DNA from: Bacteroidales bacterium
GTDB lineage: Bacteria; Bacteroidota; Bacteroidia; Bacteroidales; WCHB1-69
Assembly: GCA_017395245.1 (NCBI GenBank)
Contig: JAFPVR010000010.1
Span: 65,942 to 129,941, forward strand
Reading direction: 5' to 3'
DNA: 64,000 nucleotides
Made by a program: the position numbers and the translations under genes. Positions 63,015 through 64,000 of the stretch are shown piece by piece. Every line of letters starts with the position of its first letter. The first letter of the stretch is position 1. The notes under the pieces were generated by a model. It saw only the letters and a program-made list of their open reading frames with translations. It was not told the DNA's origin and did not search any database.

Positions 63015-64000
63015 ATGAAAAAAGTAATCATCTTTCTGATATGTAGTGTGTTGACGGGCGTTTTGTCTGCACAGGTTCAGGTCTATCCTGCAGACGTCGT
63101 TCCGGAAAAAGGGGTGAAGTTTGTGGGCAGTGTGCGTTATGCGCTGCCGACCACCACGCTGAAAGTGACGGTCTCCGTGTCTAAGGTGCAGGAGGTGCGC
63201 GGCTATTTCGCCGACTACGCCGAGAGTCTGCTTGGACTGACGAACATTATCCAGCAGAACCGCACGTACTATAAGCTTAACTCCGTAGATGTCAAGCCTA
63301 TTACAACGCCTGACGATTCGAAAATCTACAAGGCTTTTACCTCAAATATGGAGATTGCCAAGCTGTGGCAGCAGGAGAAAATGACCGCAGATGATGTGTT
63401 TGCCGTGGCACCGCTCACCGCCTACACCGTCCATGCGGCCACGCTCCCGGACTTTTTCAAGAACTACGCCGACATCTCCTATACCCAGCAGTCGGAATCC
63501 TTTGTCGATACCAAAATCATTGACGGTGTGGTGACGCAAGTGCCTGCCAGTCACACGAAAACCGTCTCCAAGAGTTTCGAGAGCAAGGCCCGCGAGGCTG
63601 CCGATGCCATTATGAAAAGTCGCAAGGACCAGTACAATCTGGTCGCCGGAGAGCAGGAAACAGCCTATTCCGGCGAGGCCATCCAGACGATGTTGGCCGA
63701 ACTCAAGACATGGGAAAACAACTACATGAGCCTCTTTACCGGCATATCCATCGCGGACACAACGTCTTACGTGTTCTATGTCACGCCGGCGGACCTTAAC
63801 GCTGTCGCTGCGTTCTATTTTGATGCCACGAAAGGCTTCAGTCAGGACAAAGGAGGCGATGCCAATGCGTATAAACTGATTTTCAACAGAGTATATAGAA
63901 AGTCTGTCACGGAGGTTGTCGATGTTAACTATCCACAATCTGGCTATGTCACCCGCGACACGAAACCTGTGCAAGTGTCGCTCACGCACAACAACGTCAA
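63015..64000 (+). CDS. secreted hypothetical protein, 3' end outside the window (possibly DUF4831-like)
   Basis: Not in the ORF track because there is no stop inside the window. I read 328 codons without a stop. Signal peptide MKKVIIFLICSVLTGVLSAQ. Confidence 0.65.
   Translation, partial: MKKVIIFLICSVLTGVLSAQVQVYPADVVPEKGVKFVGSVRYALPTTTLKVTVSVSKVQEVRGYFADYAESLLGLTNIIQQNRTYYKLNSVDVKPITTPDDSKIYKAFTSNMEIAKLWQQEKMTADDVFAVAPLTAYTVHAATLPDFFKNYADISYTQQSESFVDTKIIDGVVTQVPASHTKTVSKSFESKAREAADAIMKSRKDQYNLVAGEQETAYSGEAIQTMLAELKTWENNYMSLFTGISIADTTSYVFYVTPADLNAVAAFYFDATKGFSQDKGGDANAYKLIFNRVYRKSVTEVVDVNYPQSGYVTRDTKPVQVSLTHNNV

Overview
This is a chromosomal segment with Bacteroidota (Prevotellaceae-like) hallmarks. 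TAnnTTTG -7 promoter boxes sit 5-60 nt upstream of many start codons. There are lipoprotein and signal-peptide genes, a T9SS type-B C-terminal domain protein, an rnfDGEA block, GH20 and GH78 glycosidases, and WG-repeat and TonB-C proteins. No tRNA, rRNA, CRISPR array, transposase or integrase was recognised.

The left ~11.5 kb is visibly more AT-rich and looks accessory. It carries:
- a PP2C phosphatase, an HTH protein and an AAA ATPase;
- three copies of a ~40-nt module, each heading a different small ORF;
- a radical SAM/SPASM enzyme translationally coupled to an unlisted 41-codon Cys-containing ORF (a RiPP-like locus);
- an isochorismatase-family hydrolase paired with a CorA-shaped two-TM protein;
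- paralogous lipoproteins;
- a stand-alone FtsZ C-terminal-domain-like protein next to an ectopic mraY.

Between 12.1 and 19.4 kb, a 1231-nt segment (mraY 3' part plus phosphoesterase 5' part) is duplicated with no net indel. ATPase gene remnants lie nearby.

The remainder is mostly housekeeping or glycan and surface functions: GH20, a choice-of-anchor-L/T9SS protein, GH78, rnfDGEA, a U32 peptidase, vsr, an aldose epimerase, queA, an acyl-ACP thioesterase, a C69 dipeptidase, two giant DUF1566/FISUMP surface proteins and a Zn peptidase.

The most unusual non-coding signal is that many intergenic spacers are built from short tandem oligonucleotide repeats:
- a 7-copy composite element between co-oriented minus-strand genes at 34-44 kb;
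- TGCGGAAA arrays;
- heptamer microsatellites of three sequence families;
- a 22-nt iteron array.

These repeats also produce spurious N-terminal extensions in the ORF track. Several listed ORFs begin at GTG or TTG, so starts were re-chosen using signal peptides, conserved N-termini and -7 boxes. All family assignments come from motif recognition by eye. No database search was run.
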